A stretch of DNA of 64,000 nucleotides from Blasia pusilla. Taxonomy: Eukaryota. The translations under genes were made by a program, and so were the position numbers. Positions 12,880-27,100 of the stretch are shown in pieces; position 1 is the first letter of the stretch, and every line of letters begins with the position of its first letter. The DNA is taken from positions 1,550,001-1,614,000 of the forward strand of contig CM114271.1 of the NCBI GenBank assembly GCA_050084515.1. Reading direction: 5' to 3'. Below the pieces are notes generated by a model. That model was not told the origin of the DNA. It was given only the letters and a program-made list of their open reading frames with translations, and ran no database searches.

Positions 12880-13212
12880 CTAGTAATCCAAGGAAAATCC
12901 CATCGGGTATAACACTGCTCCACCAACCAAGACGTCGTAGGACTCGGCATCTATCACTATCGCCTTGGCTCGTACAAGAGACTCATCTGTAGGATGTCCT
13001 GGGTGAATCCTCACCACGACCTCATGTTGAGTGATATACTGTGTGGTACTCACTCCACCGAAGGATGTCTGTATCCGGTATGGACAAGGCTCCACATCGG
13101 CCCTTGTCAATCCCAATCCTCTTAATGACGGTTTCCCCAACATCAGGGGTTGCGCTCTTGAATCCAACAAGACGCGCTGTGGACTAAAAGCTCTACCTCC
13201 AGGACTCACCAA
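12880..13212 (-). pseudogene. Gypsy aspartic protease
   Basis: VLLDSRAQ (LDSGA motif with G to R) and C-terminal YDVLVGG motif. Confidence 0.8.
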
Positions 13213-14107
13213 CGGGACGACCTCTCCTCAGTTATCCAGCAATAAAACACCAGGAGAAGCCATGGCACGCTCTATCGCGGATCTAGCGGGCATCTCCGCC
13301 ATCCTAGCAGCCGCAGCCTGCTATGAATCTGACGTGGACGGCCCGAGCATCCGCTCCAAGGGCAGGTCCATCACCTCCTCTACAATCACCTCTTAACGTG
13401 ATGTAGGAAATCAAACTCCACGCTCACATAGCCTAGCAGCCAGTCAAAAAACCTCGGCGGGCGTACCTCCCAACGTCATAACATCGGAAGCAGAAAATAA
13501 AGGAGCGCAGTACACAACGGTGGCCCCCCAACAACGTTCTCGACACATACCCCTCCTGAGCATCACCAATAGGAGTCTTCGCGCTGGCTTCTCCCATCGC
13601 CCTCCGTGCCTACACACCAACAACATCACCAACTCTCCAATAACTCTGATCAAGACCCATCGATGGGGTCCTCATCGCCTTGGACAACATGTGAAAGACT
13701 GAGGAAGCCTAATCTGTTTCCTGGCTTCCCCTCGCTGCGGATCCAACTCTGCGGCTGCTCCACGCGTCACAACTGCGGCGGCCTCCATCTAGGCAGTCCC
13801 GCACATCCAACCAGGATCCTCCATATCTCTGGCTGCTCCATATGATGTCGATGCCACAGATCCCGCATCGGGTAATCTCAATGCCATAGCGGCAATCTTC
13901 TCATGTAGTTGATGTATGAGCAGCTATCCTAGCCTCACGCCCAGCGTCTTCCTCGACGCGTCTAGGTGGTGGGACTCTATCTTCTCCACAAGCAGCTCCA
14001 CCACCATGTCGGGCAGCTCCACTTCCTCGTCCTCCAATGGGACCACCTGGTGAACGATATCTAGGCCCACCCGAACCGGCTATTCGCTTTGGTGCCCTCT
14101 TTGGCCC

Positions 14108-15262
14108 TCAATCCGGACGTAAATCGGGATGTAAATTGAAACACCTGGCGCGTGAATGACCATACCTATGACAATAGTCACACTGATAATCTCCTAGTGC
14201 AGCACTATCTCCTCCTCCATGCTGAGGCACACGTCCATGACCATGATGAGTGCAATCACGCTGATGATGGGCTCCACCACATAACCAACAAGTAATCATA
14301 GGCGGCTGCTGATGAGCCACATATGATGGTGTAGATCTCTGTGGCACGGCCTCCCGATATCCTCCTTGAGCTCATGGTACCACAGTTGACCTATCTCGGA
14401 GTCCACATTGTTGCACTGGTGGTGTAGACAATCGTGACTGCTCTCGCCCAGAACCCATGGTGGCTACGCTCTCCTTCGACATATTGCGCTCAATGTTCTT
14501 GGCGGTCTTAAAAACATCTCTCAACATAGGGGAGGTGTTCATAAGAAGTACCCCCTCCCGCACTCGTGCCCGCAGGGTCTGGTTGGGCATCGCGTACCAT
14601 GACTGGATAGCTTGAGCCTCTGTCACTCCCTGAGTGACATTGATCAACCGACGCAAGCGAGTGTAAGCCTCATGAAAACTCTCACCCGAGCGCCTGTGGA
14701 AGTCATGGATGCTCCGCAATTTCTCCGTCCGTACCCCCTGGTAGCTCGTCCTCAACTCAACGAAGAACTCAACCACGGGGTTGAACCTAGGACAAACCCG
14801 ACTAGATGGTGCAACTGTTCCAGTGCGAGTGACCCCTCCTAAAACATCACTAGTGGAAGAGGAAATAGCCTCTCCTGACTCCTCCTCCTCATCTGGGAAC
14901 GGCTCCGTCCATGACACATAGTGTGGGTCATAGTAGAGTCGCTATGCCTCAATCTCTTGGGCATGCCTTTGGGAGAACTCATGGTAATCGTCCATGGGGA
15001 CCCCCTCTAAATGCTGGAACATACCATTCCATGTTGTAAACGGGTTGAACTCTCTAGAATTCCTAGCCTGTTGTGAGTCACACAAACTCCTAAACTCCGC
15101 AATGAAGTCATGTAGTTCTTTTGTTCCTACAACACCCGAAAACCGACGCGGTCCTCTACCTCGGTCGTCCATCTCGTACGCCCAACTAGTAGGACCACTC
15201 AATATATACGGTGGATCACTAACACACTCCTCTATACACTCCCCCTTGTTTGAAGACGACAT
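14108..15262 (-). pseudogene. Gypsy gag with two zinc knuckles
   Basis: Retrotransposon gag-like segment (FHRRSGESFHEAYTRLRRL) followed by CWLCGGAHHQRDC and CDYCHRYGHSRARC. Confidence 0.82.
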
Positions 15263-17003
15263 AGAAGGAGATTGAGGTGGTCTTTCGCGTGGAGATCCTC
15301 AAAACCTCACACCACTCCGGGTAAACTCTCCAGAGCTACTCTCAGATCCACTACCTCGCCTCTCAAAATCCTGAAAGGACGCCGTGATGACCCTCATGCC
15401 CCTCTCACACAATCACTCTCAATCTCGTGAGTAATCCCTCAATCACTCAAACTAAACATGCGGCACTCAATCTTCACTCTCTCACTAAGACATGTGCTGT
15501 ACGGCAACAAGTAGTGTGGTGCGGAAAATCAACCAATTTATCATCTCATCGACAAACAATCCTCAACTCTCGACATCCCACACAGGTCTATGTCGCCTAA
15601 ATCCATACATCCTCGATGCTCCTAGCATCAACACAAAACCCAACATCCCCAATAACTTCCTAATATCCGAAAATCCCTCACACGTGCAAGGTAAGATACT
15701 AGAATGGATAACATGACAATAATGTCGATGTCGCTCCTCGGCAATTGCAAATCTCAACCCCAACTCGATCGTGAAGACAACTCCTCCAATCAGCAAGTTG
15801 TACTCCTCGTACTGACGCTGCTCAAACCTCCTCGATGTGCGGTGCAGGTCCAGTGGTCAGGTACAGCATTGGCAGCACAGAACGGCTACAAACGGCACGA
15901 CACTCGAGAATGGGGTACGGTGCGGCCACGAGGGGCACGACCCAGAAATTGGCGGCGCATTGCGGCTACGGGCGTCACTACACAGTACTCGATCATCGTC
16001 GAGCGGCTACCAATCACAACATAGCAGCATGAAATAAAAACTCAAACACCATAACCCAAGATCATCTGCCATCATTTGGTTGATGACGAATTTGCGATGA
16101 CGGTGGTGGCCAAAACAAAGTACGTGGTGGCGACATAAGTCAGAGAATCAACGGTTGTCGTGGAAGACCCTCCACTCCGTAATGGCGGCAATGGCAACCA
16201 AAGGGTGGACAACGGACGAACGCGACTATGAGCAGCGCTAGGCGGCCGACGGTGGACCGTTGACGGTGACGGTTGACCGTTGATGGTGACGGTTGATAAT
16301 TGATGGTGATGGTTGACCATCAATGGTGGACCGTTGACGGTGACTATGAGGGCAATGGCCACCGCCGGCGTGGCGGCTGGTTTAGGGTTTGAACAATTTA
16401 ACCCTAAAAATCGCCTAGCAATCGTAGTTTTGCAAGATTGACCATAAATTTTTTCTCGAAACTCCAAATTGCGCACCGTCTATTGCACAACATGCATAGC
16501 TTGACGATCTACAACAATGTCAAAAAATATTTAGAATCGAACATTCCAGTAAAAATTGACAGGAATTGTTGTAAAGCCAAATGTCTCCTTCTCCTACACG
16601 AAATTTGGTAGCGCTTCCGCGCTGATTTCTCCCAACGAAAATATAAAACCTATGAGAATATAAATCAGCAAGCTTCATGGTGATCCCAAGAGCACTGGTA
16701 TGGGGCAATCCACCCCCATACTTAATCCCTATAGAAAATTGGGCAGCGCTTCCGCGCGCCACTCTTCCACACGAAAAATCGACAAAGGAAATATCACAAG
16801 TAAGCGGCTCTTGCTCCGGTGAGTACTCCCATGAGTCAAGAAGCGGGGAACACTGTTCCCTAACCTGCACGAAATATTGAGCAACCAACGAGCTCTCCCA
16901 TGAAGCTCTCTCACTCACTCATTCTCTCTTTGTAAAATAAGATCCAATCTCTCTCACAACATCATAGTTCTCACATGTGTGCACTCACATATGTCTCTCT
17001 CAA

Positions 17004-17450
17004 TGTCAAACCAAACCCACTCTCATAATGAGAGGCTTGGGTTACACACACAAGGCAAGCAAGACCATAGCTTTGCCGCCTCATGCCAAGAGGTTCAACG
17101 AAAAAAGAATGAGCTTTCAAGCTCCCTCTCCTTGATGTATACCCCTCCCCTCTCCCAAGCTCTCTCCATGGTAACCTATGCTCCCAAGTCATCTCCTTGG
17201 CTCTTGACATGATGTAAGAGATCAAGGGCCACTTACCAAAAAATAGAAAGTTGATCATATACTGAAAATGATACTTACCTAAAATAGGAAGTTCCTCAAT
17301 ATGACTCCAAATGAGCCGAAACGAAGGGAAAACCTACTATCTTAGGTTTTTCAGGGCCTCAATAGGTCATCCTCGACCACTAAGCCTTTCCTCCACTACT
17401 CACAAAGGTGCTCTACTAGATCTCATCGATCTATCCTAAAAGACGTGATA
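17004..17450 (-). repeat. Putative 5' LTR (~447 bp) of the DNMT-Gypsy
   Basis: Homologous to 51340-51783, which starts TGTCA and contains a matching TGACA end. This copy starts TATCA (G to A). The outer end is firm because homology ends there; the inner end is inferred from the TGTCA/TGACA inverted pair only. Confidence 0.6.
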
Positions 17451-19755
17451 TTAAGGTTAGGGTTAGGGTTGCTTGTACATACCCTATATAATTGAGAAGG
17501 GGATCAACCTCCACTAATTCTCTCATTGCAAATTTTGTTCTCCATGGTGGTGTGTGAGTGTGAGAGCCGTTTCCCACCTCTTATGCTTCTTTAGCAGTTT
17601 TCCACATGGTATTAGAGCGATAAGAGAACATCACTTGAAATTCTTGGTGTTTGAGGAGAGAAGAGAGGCAAGAGGAGGCACTGTTTCAATTTGGGAGAAG
17701 AAAATTTTGTTTAGAGATTAATGGGTGCAGATTTCAGGTGGAACTTTGATGGTGATAAAACTTTGGAGGCATTTTTGAATGCTTTCCGGTCGATTTAGCC
17801 ATCTAGGTCCGCAACGGCTAGAACAATGCCCAAGGTTGTTTCCAGTCGTCTTGTATAGCTCGTTGAGAGCTTTCGAACGCATCCAAAATCGCTTGATTCA
17901 GACATATTGAGCTCTTGCAGTTATAATTTAAGTGTAGGAAAGTGTAATTAATGAAGAAAAGTTGTGTAGTTTGCTCTCTATAGACTAATTTCGACTAGTT
18001 CTTTCATAAAGTTGATCAATTTTGGCAAATTTCACGTCGATTTCTATGTAGGAGTGGTCTATGCTTCAATTGGAGAAGTAGGGAGCCAGAAATTACATTT
18101 TTGTGAGTAAAATCGTTCGTCATGGAGTATTCCTCAACAACAATCACAGATGAGAAGCTAGATAAGTAGAATAACAATGTTTGGAAGTTTCGCATGAAAC
18201 AATTTCTCATGGATCAAGAACTATGGGATGTTGTCACAGGTGATGAAGCCAAGCCAAAAGGTTTCTCAATAGACTTGAATGTTCGCGCTTGGAACAAACG
18301 CGCAAGGCAAGTAATCCAATATATTTCAATAACAATTAGTTCGCCAATGATAGGTCACAATCAAGATGTTGATATTCTAAAGGAGACCTGGAATGCATTG
18401 GAAAATCTGTTCCAGATATCTACAAAGGCGAGAATGCTTGAATTGAAATAAGAATTGAACGAAGTGAGGAAAGGATCGTAGAGAATCAATGATTATATTT
18501 TGAGTATTAGACATATTGTTGAACAGTTGAATAACATTGGAGTGAGAGTAGAAGATGATGATCTCATTTTGTTCACTCTTCAAGGCCTTCCAAGGATTAC
18601 AAGTCCTTTGAGACCTCTATCTCTGTGAGAGAAAAGTATCCAATCTTTCAAGAGTTAGTCCCTCTGTTAATTAGTGAAGAGATGCGCCTAGTGGGCAACG
18701 GTAGCTCGTCTAGTGTGCAAGAGAGTGCGCTATTTGCAGGGTAGGGATTGTGAGAAGCTTCCGTGGTTGAAGTGGATATCAAGTATATGAAGGAAGAGGC
18801 ACTAAATATAACGTCACTCAATCAACTACGAACCAATACCAAACACAATCACAAGGTGGTGATGGTGGAAACCGTTGGGATTGAGGTTAGCTACAGAGGG
18901 TCCTTGGATCTTGCAATTAGTGTGGGATAAAAGGTCACTATGAAAAGTTTTGTTTCAAGAAGAAGGCAAATATGAGAACAAGAGCCTTACAACAACAAAA
19001 CTATATAGAGCAACAACACCAAGAACAACAACATTTACAAACGGAGCATCTCTTGGTCATGACTCATCATATGGGAGCAATGGTCAAGAAAGACTCGACA
19101 ACATATTGATTCATTGATTCTGGTCCATCAAATCATGACCTCACAAGCTAAATGGTTTAGTAGTTTAGAGATGGTGGAAGATCCTGCAATTATGCTCAGA
19201 GGAGATGACATTCAACATCATATCACGCAAACCGGTAAAATTCTAATAACATCAGATGGTCTTTGTGCTCTTGGAAATATTCTCTATGTTCCTACCATTG
19301 CAAAAAACCTGATCTCTGTAGGACATATAGTAGAACAGGGTTATCAAGTGAAGTTTAACGCATATGGTTGTTTCATTGAAACAATGGATGATCAAACTAC
19401 GATAGCCAAAGAAACTAGATCTGGAAGAATGTTCAGATTATATATTTCTATGCCAGAGATTAAAACATCAATGTATGGTGAAACCGGCCAACAAGTCATA
19501 GATCTAAATGTGTGGCATAAAATAATTGGACATATGAATCTTCAAAGATTACAGAGTCTTTCATCATCTAATATAGTAATGTGACTCCCTAAATTAGCGA
19601 GTTCTGCTACATTAGAGGTATGTCCTACTACGTTAGAGGTATGTCCTACTTGCCAATTTGGAAAACAAGCTAGATTTCCTTTTCCAAAGCAAGGTAGGAG
19701 AGCATCCAGGATATTGGAGTTGATCCACAATGATGTGTGGATAACATCACAACAT
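17451..19755 (+). mobile_element. Ty1/Copia element, 5' half (partial LTR, PBS, gag, protease, start of integrase)
   Basis: LTR ends ...ttttccaCA at 17606, followed by PBS tggtattagagc (tRNA-iMet type). Protein motifs: WKFRMKQFL..ELWDVVTG, degenerate CCHC, IDSGPSNH, WHKIIGH..CPTCQFGKQ, LELIHNDVW. Breaks at 19755. Confidence 0.92.
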
Positions 19756-19785
19756 GAATATGACTAGGTGCCTATATATCTGACT

Positions 19786-19910
19786 TTTAAATGACTGTAT
19801 ATTATTTTAGTATGACTTGGTATATGTTTGGATCAGTAGTTTAAATGACTGCATATTGTTTTAGTATGACTTGGTACATGTTTGACATCAGTAGTTTAAA
19901 TGACTACATA
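19786..19910. repeat. ~54-bp tandem repeat within an ATGACT-rich tract
   Basis: Units start tttaaatgact at 19786, 19840 and 19895. The ATGAC(T) motif recurs through 19759-19982, like CACTA subterminal repeats. Confidence 0.8.
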
Positions 19911-20760
19911 TGGTGTGATATGACTAGAGTTTGGCTACATTATATGACTGAATGATTTATGACTAATATGATTCATATGACATTTAAATAACTTCAAGTT
20001 ATGGGAAACAGAAGTAGGTCTTATGATAGGCATGAACGTCTAATATTAGCCTATGATTTCTTCAAATTTACTTCAGGCAAAAGTACTGAACCTCCAAGAG
20101 CATCACCCAAAGTGTATTGGGGTGGCATATCAGCCTCCTTTGGCTACCATAACTTATGATGGAAGAATGCAAAATGGAAAATCTTCAGATCCACCCGTAC
20201 CACCCCCGATGGGATATCACTCCCATGAAATTTTTGTTGTCCACTCAAGCCGGTTACATTACCAGTGCCCAGAATTTTCCTACTGAGCTTGAGCTTTAGG
20301 AGTTGAACCTCAGCTCCCACATGAATCTGCAAACCCAAGATCCCGGGATGAGTCTTTGGAGGAAAAAATGCATAAACTTGGTGTTGGACATATAACACAA
20401 CACATTATTAGTTACAATTCTTTCAATTGAAAAATATTATAGCACTTGAATAAAGTTTTGATTATCATACCAAGCAAGAAAGTTTTTCTTCCAAATCCAC
20501 GTGTATACCTTCCCAGTGTATTTCTTGTTGCTTCTTGACTTTACATCGCTGTCATGTTCACTACTTGCAGCTTGAATGGCGTCAAAATGCACTCTTGTAA
20601 CACGTCTCTTTTTCTTCGTAGAACACTCTTTCTTCCCAAACAATGAAACCTGCATAGTACAAAAGGATATTAAAATAAAGGAAAAGAAATTTTGTTATGT
20701 TGAATGTACATCAATAGAAGGCTACTGATATATAGCTATAATATCAGAGAGGGAAATATA

Positions 20761-21400
20761 CCAAGCTGGAGCTTGACATTTACTTCTTATACATACTTAC
20801 TTGATGTACATAATCTCTTGCTGTAAAAAAATGAAAATCTCTTTGAATCTATAGTAAGTGTAAGGATAACAAGTGTAAGGATGTACCAAGCTAGAAATTG
20901 ATATTTACTTGCTGTACATAATCTCTTGCTGGAAAAAAATGAAGGTCTCTTTGAAACTATAGTAAGTGTAAGGATGCACCAAGCTGGTAACTAACATTTA
21001 CTTGCTCTACACAATCTCTTGCTGAAATAAATTTAAGATCTCTTTGAAACTATAATAAGTGTAAGGATAACAAAAGTAGAGAGGGGAAGAAAAGGAAACT
21101 TGAGAGGGTTGTTGTTTTAGGTATGTTATCAAAGCAGAAAACGATATACAAAGGGTTCTACAAAACTCTATTCGAATATTCAAAGCCAAGGTTGGTTTGG
21201 GTTTAGGGTTAGGTGAAGGGTCATCCATTGTCTACATTAATGTTAATTTTTGTTACCACGGATTTAGTGAATTCATACAGAGTGGCAGATCCTAAATTAA
21301 AACCTACCAAGCTTGAACTTCATATTTACTTGTTGTACATAATCTTAAACCACAATGCATTGAAGATCTCTTTGAAACTATAGAAAGGGTAAGGATAACA
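20761..21400. repeat. Degenerate ~95-125-bp repeats inside the CACTA
   Basis: ccaagct...catttactt...aatctcttgctg...tctctttgaaactata..gtaaggat copies at ~20761, 20886, 20979 and 21307. Confidence 0.75.
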
Positions 21401-24199
21401 AAAGAACGGAGGGGAAGAAAACCAAACCTGAGAGATTTGTTGCTTTAGGGTTTTCAGACGGCGAGCAGGATTTTGATTCATTTCCCTTCTTGACTCACAC
21501 AACAACGGTATTCATAAGAAACTAAGAGAATCTGCACTTACAAAGGATATACTTTCTATAAACCAAATCAGAATTTTCTAAACTCAATACTTACGAGCTC
21601 GAGTCCCTTCAGTTTGCCCATCCAAGTCCCTTGAAGCTACATGTGGACATACCCCCACTTTTATTTGTGGGTTTGGAGAGACTAGGGGCCATGAAAGACT
21701 AACTGTCACTTTGCTGCGAATGTACACTTGTCCCAACAAATCCCAATGGCCCATAAGAAAATGTTGAGTCAGAACCTTCTCCTGCACTTGGATAAGGGGG
21801 CGGAGGGCATGGTGCTCCATCCTATCCACACATGGAGATAACACTCTTACATCCTTCATCAACACTATAGACAAGAAATCAGGACTTCACAATCTGAAAA
21901 AACATGCAGAACCAGGAAAGGATAATGGCCACTTTTCGAGTCATCATGAGAAGATAAAGAGTTAAAGAGTCATCATTTCTTACAAATAGAGAATTTGATC
22001 ACAAATAAAAAATGTGGAAAGAAGTTTACACATGGCCTTGCCCATGGTTGGCTTGAAGAACCAAGTTGAATGGGTCCCCATTGCTGTTGACTCCCCATCG
22101 GAGTCAAAGTTTGTGTATGAGGACCCCATTCGGCGTGAGATCCAGATGGTAGAGATGGCTGGGTATTGCCTACCCAAGGGCGTTCTACAAGTCTAGGTTG
22201 CGACCAAGACATGCCTCCAGGCCATTGGCCTTGAGCGGTCATGTGTCCAGCCGTAGGAGTTTGTTGACCCCATTGAGGTCGGGGGGAGGGTATAGGGGCA
22301 ACCCATAAGAGCTATGTGGGCCATGATTCAACATCGATGGCTCACGCTCATGAGTGTACCACCTTGTACCCATTGGTCCATCCCAGTATTGGCTACCACT
22401 CTCTAGCCATGGGGAATATTGCCAACCCATTTCTGATCTCCCACTTTGACCTGAATCATGTGCCTTATAACTCACATGAGATTCGTGGAATTCTCTCCCT
22501 CCAATACCGTGAGCATATGAAAGAGAAATAAAAGTTAGTGTACTATAATATATAAACACAGAGATTGGAAGAATCATGTATCCCACACACAATCTTATTG
22601 AAGATGGTACATAACATATCATTGTAATCACCCTTTTGACTTGGATCCAATGGAATGTCGGCCCACTATCCTTATTCACGAATGGAGGATCAGGTACATC
22701 TTCCTCCTCATCATTCTGGTATTCTGAATCTTCAGTTGGCATATAATATGGATTTTTCATTTTATTATCCTTAAGGCTTTCAAGCATTGAAGGACATGGT
22801 AAGCTCTCCAAGATCTTTGATGTCAATCTTGAACTTTTTCGCTTTTCCACTACCTCTGCCACTATTGCTCTACAACATGAGGCTTTCTTGGATGCCTTTT
22901 CCGGTCTCAGCCTTTCCAAACAATGATTTGATCATCAATTATCTATGTAAGATCATGAAACTCTTATTTTCTACGAATAAGGAAACTACATGCAAGAAGG
23001 AATGGAAAACCATGCAATATTATTGCAATTCACATCTCATGCAAGGTAGTGAACTGCTTACTCTCAGGGAATAGCACCAAGAATTTCTACTGCTCTTCTA
23101 TTGTTTTCCCTTATCTTTCGTGCCCGTTCTTGTTCAATTGGGAGTAGAGCATGAAGGTCCTTATCGAGTAGGTCTGGACTCTCAAATCCATCATCAATAT
23201 AAGAGTTCTCCAAGTTTGAAGAGTTGGTGGGCGTATTAGGATGTCTAAAGTTGTAATATGCAGAGGTGATGTTTCTCTCCCATAAGTCATTGCCTCTCTT
23301 TCAAAACCCTTAGATATTTCTTGCCCCTCTGTGCCCAAATCAGAAGCCACCACATCTTTGCTGAGATCTGCCCCCTCCATGGTTGCACATAGATTTGAAA
23401 GGTGCCCTATAGAATCTAGTCTACTCACACTTGACGTATTACTATTCTCTTTGACTATAGATGCAGTGGAAATCCTATTTTGCATCTCGTAATTCTTTTT
23501 GTGGCCTTGGTCAAGTTCCCTTGTCTGCCCTATCTTATCCTCTTTTTCATGTGCATCTGCATATTTCATTTCACCATCAGAAACAATGCTTTCATTACCC
23601 TTGATATTATCCTCTCCAAGGACATTCTCTACATCACTCGGCAAGGGCCCCCATCTCTCATCAATAAGATCATCATACACCACTTCAAGGCCCAAGCCTT
23701 CAACCCATCAAGAAGTTCCCCACTTGCATCAAGTAGGCCTTTAGAAGCAAGAATAGCCTCAAGGTCTGATCGAGTTCGCCCCTTACCACCTATTGTACTA
23801 CCTTGGAGGGCATATGAAAGGCCCTCCACTCTGAAAGGTTCTGTTGAAAAATTTCGTCAAGGAGTTGAATGAGGAGAGTTATCATGCATGATTGAAAAAT
23901 GCAAAAATCTCACACAAAGGTTAAACCAGAACCATGACTTTTGACTAACTTCTCAAAGCAAACCGCATGTATGTCAAATATTTGAACAAAAGGAAAATTA
24001 AATCTCTAAATTCTCTTTGGAGCTCTCTTCTTCAGAAATCTCTTCTGTGGACACGTGGATGTTAGGGATATTATTAAAATCTCTATTTGCTGTCACCACC
24101 TCTTCAGTAGTGAGCTCTATAGCACCTAGAGTGTTAGCTAGTGGCTCTCTTCTTGATGGCATTTCAATCTGGTCAATTGCAACAGAATGTCCTTCATCT

Positions 24200-27100
24200 A
24201 GGTTACCACCATCATAGATATCCAAAATTACTCAACGGGATCTAGCTTCTTTTCTCAAAACAACCTTCCATCCACTTCCTTGGTTCGCATCTCCAAAGAA
24301 GACTTGTTCCACTTGAGATGGGAAGACAAAAAGTTGATGGTTGATAGGTTCACAAGATCTAAGATTTACAAGTAGGAAACCTTCACAGTCTCGCTTCATG
24401 GATGGCATCCATTATTTCCAATCTGCCCTCATCCATCTCCCTCTCATTAATATTACAGGTTGATAAACAATCCCGTAATGAAGCGCAATTATATCGACCA
24501 GAACTCCCACATATGAATAAGCACAATTATGATGATCATCACCCTCATCCAAAAATATTGCTCCAATTCCACTATTGTAAGTGGAGTATGCATTATATCC
24601 ACCCTCTCCCTCTACCCCATAATGATTGCCATAAGCCTTCATAGACTTGTATAAGAGAACTTTTGCTTGTGGAGGAATTGACAAAGCCAATAGCTCTTCG
24701 TCCATCTTCCCATCTTTTTCCCTAGCATCTCGAAGGATAGCTGGTTGAATGCACTCTTCAAAAGAAATTGATGCATTCTCAGCCTCAAATTTCCTGGTAG
24801 AAAGAAAGAACATCACCAAGGAATAAGGTGACGTGGAAGATGAAACAAACATGTAAGGTTCAGTAGATCAGGTTCAGGGTTTCCATACATTGAATTCATT
24901 GAATATAGTTGAAATTTACCTGCGCCACGTGACCATACACTCCATATTGTGTAGGACATAGTGGTGTGCCAAGATAGTCATTTCTCGGGATAATCTAATT
25001 TCACGTCCTGCACCTTCCAACTCCTCCCCTACAACCCCTTCTTCTTCCTTGTCATCTCATATTCGTGTCCTCATATCCTCAAATCTTTTCATATGCTCAG
25101 TCATAAATCCCAATGCCTCATCTTTGATATACCCCTCCGCCATACATCCCTTTGGACGAGCTTTAGAACTGACATATTTTTTCAGAGTAGCCATGTATCT
25201 TTCCATTGAATACATCCATCGGCAAGCTTAAGGCCCACATATATGCAATTCTTGGACAACGTGGATAAGAAGATGTGTCATCACATCAAAAAATGATGGT
25301 GGAAAATGCATCTCCAATAGGCAAAGGGTAATTGCTGTATCCTTATGTAGTTGTTCATAGTATGTAGGATCATACACTTTACAACACAATAACCTAAATA
25401 TCGTACTCAAACGCATGATTGATGAGCCAATTGGATCCTTCATTAGCCCACGAAGGACAAAGGGAAGGATTTGGTGAATCAACACATGATAATCATGTGA
25501 CTTCATGGATCCCAATTTCTTTTTAACCACGTGCTTCTTCAACTCCGTTCTATATCCCGTAGGCACTTTTGTGGACTCAATCCTAGCTAGGAAAATGGAC
25601 ATTTCATGAGGTGATAAAACATAATCACATTGAGGTTTCACTAGCCCTGTTGCTTTACTTGGATGGCGTTGTAACCATAAGTGAGGTTGAATTCCACAAG
25701 CCTCCTTTAAAATCTAATAGTGCAATTGCTATTATAAAGGAAAGCTTCGTACCTCCAAAAGAAACATGCAAGAAATCTTGTTGTAAACCCAAGGAATCAT
25801 CATCTCCGTCAAAAGTATTAAGATAAAAAATATTGTCATGTCTTTTGTAGTGGAAGGAAGAGTTTCTGTGTGACATTTCATAAGAGATTAGAGGTTGAAT
25901 CCAATAAGTCATAAATGATTTGTTAAGGAGAAGGATAACCAGTAAGTACGATCCATTGATGTTATTGCCTCTTTGATCTCATCATAGATCACTTTTATTT
26001 GAACTTCTTTCTCCATCATGTGAATATTGAACAATGTGGATACCCTTCGCATCAATGGACTCTTTGCATACACATTAGGCGCACGTAGAAGATAAGGATA
26101 ACGAGATATGAGGTGTAACCCCACTATTGTTGAAAATACACTTCACCGAAGAAGAAAAAAAAGATTAACAAGATTTGTAGTAAGTCAAATCCCTGCTCGT
26201 GTATCCTCATATGAAGGAGGTAGCTTAGTGGGTGTCAAATCGAGGTCGCCTTAGACAAAATGCTAGAAAACTTGATTATCTGCACATTCTTGAAGATAAG
26301 CTCTTTATGTTGATTAGGCTCTTTTGTAATCCATTGATTGAAAGTTATTATAATTTCTTGTATAGCAAGTGGAAGGAGATCCTGAGTAATTCTCGATTTG
26401 TTTTTGGAATAATAGATGATTCTTCCTTTTGAATGATCTGGGACATATGATCTATCAAGATAGATGAACGTCTAGTCATGATAGGGGTGACCAAAGATCA
26501 TTTCATCTGATGTAATCCTTGGTGGTGGTGGTCTAGACTCCCTCTCACCATTGAATCGAGGGCCGTAAGGTTGCCCCCTCCAAACATGGTCTAGTGGAAG
26601 ATGTCTTCTATGACTGCCAAAAATGGGCTTTCCACATTTTTTGGAGAAATCTGAATCCACATACGGTACATGCAAGTTTTCCACCATGGCTTTGCCTTGA
26701 GATTGTGCCATAGGCTGGATAATCATTTATAGTCCACAAGATCATGGCTCTAAATTTGAACCCATGTGGTCTTTTCACATTGTGGAATTCAATTCCATTC
26801 CACAACTCCCTAAACTCCTCTATCAAGGGGGCCAAGAAGGTGTTGATATTCTCTCCATTCACACTCTCCTTACCAGGTATGATAAGAGCTAACATTACAA
26901 AAAACTTTTTTGTTTGAAGCCAAGGTGGAAAATTTTAGTTAACCAATAGGATTGGCCATGTTGACCATGAGCTTGCCTTATCAGAGTATGGATTGACTCC
27001 GTCAAGTGCTAAACCAAACCTACAATTTCTACCCTCTACAGCAAAATCTGGGTACAAACGACCAATATAATTCCAAGCCTTGCTGTCCCCTGCATGTCTT

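Larger units (their letters stand above)
10259..17450 (-). mobile_element. Ty3/Gypsy LTR retrotransposon carrying a cytosine methyltransferase domain; 3'-truncated after RT
   Basis: Order on the minus strand: 5' LTR, ~1.7-kb leader, gag with two CCHC knuckles, aspartic protease, DNMT, then Gypsy-type RT (LDLRVGYHQ, PFGLKNAP, YIDD, FMGLANFYR). The 5' ~2.2 kb is homologous to 51340-57774. Confidence 0.92.

Noticed and set aside
17455-17470. TTAGGG repeats as an interstitial telomere
   Set aside because: Only about two units, and they are a regular part of the Copia LTR in the other copies.
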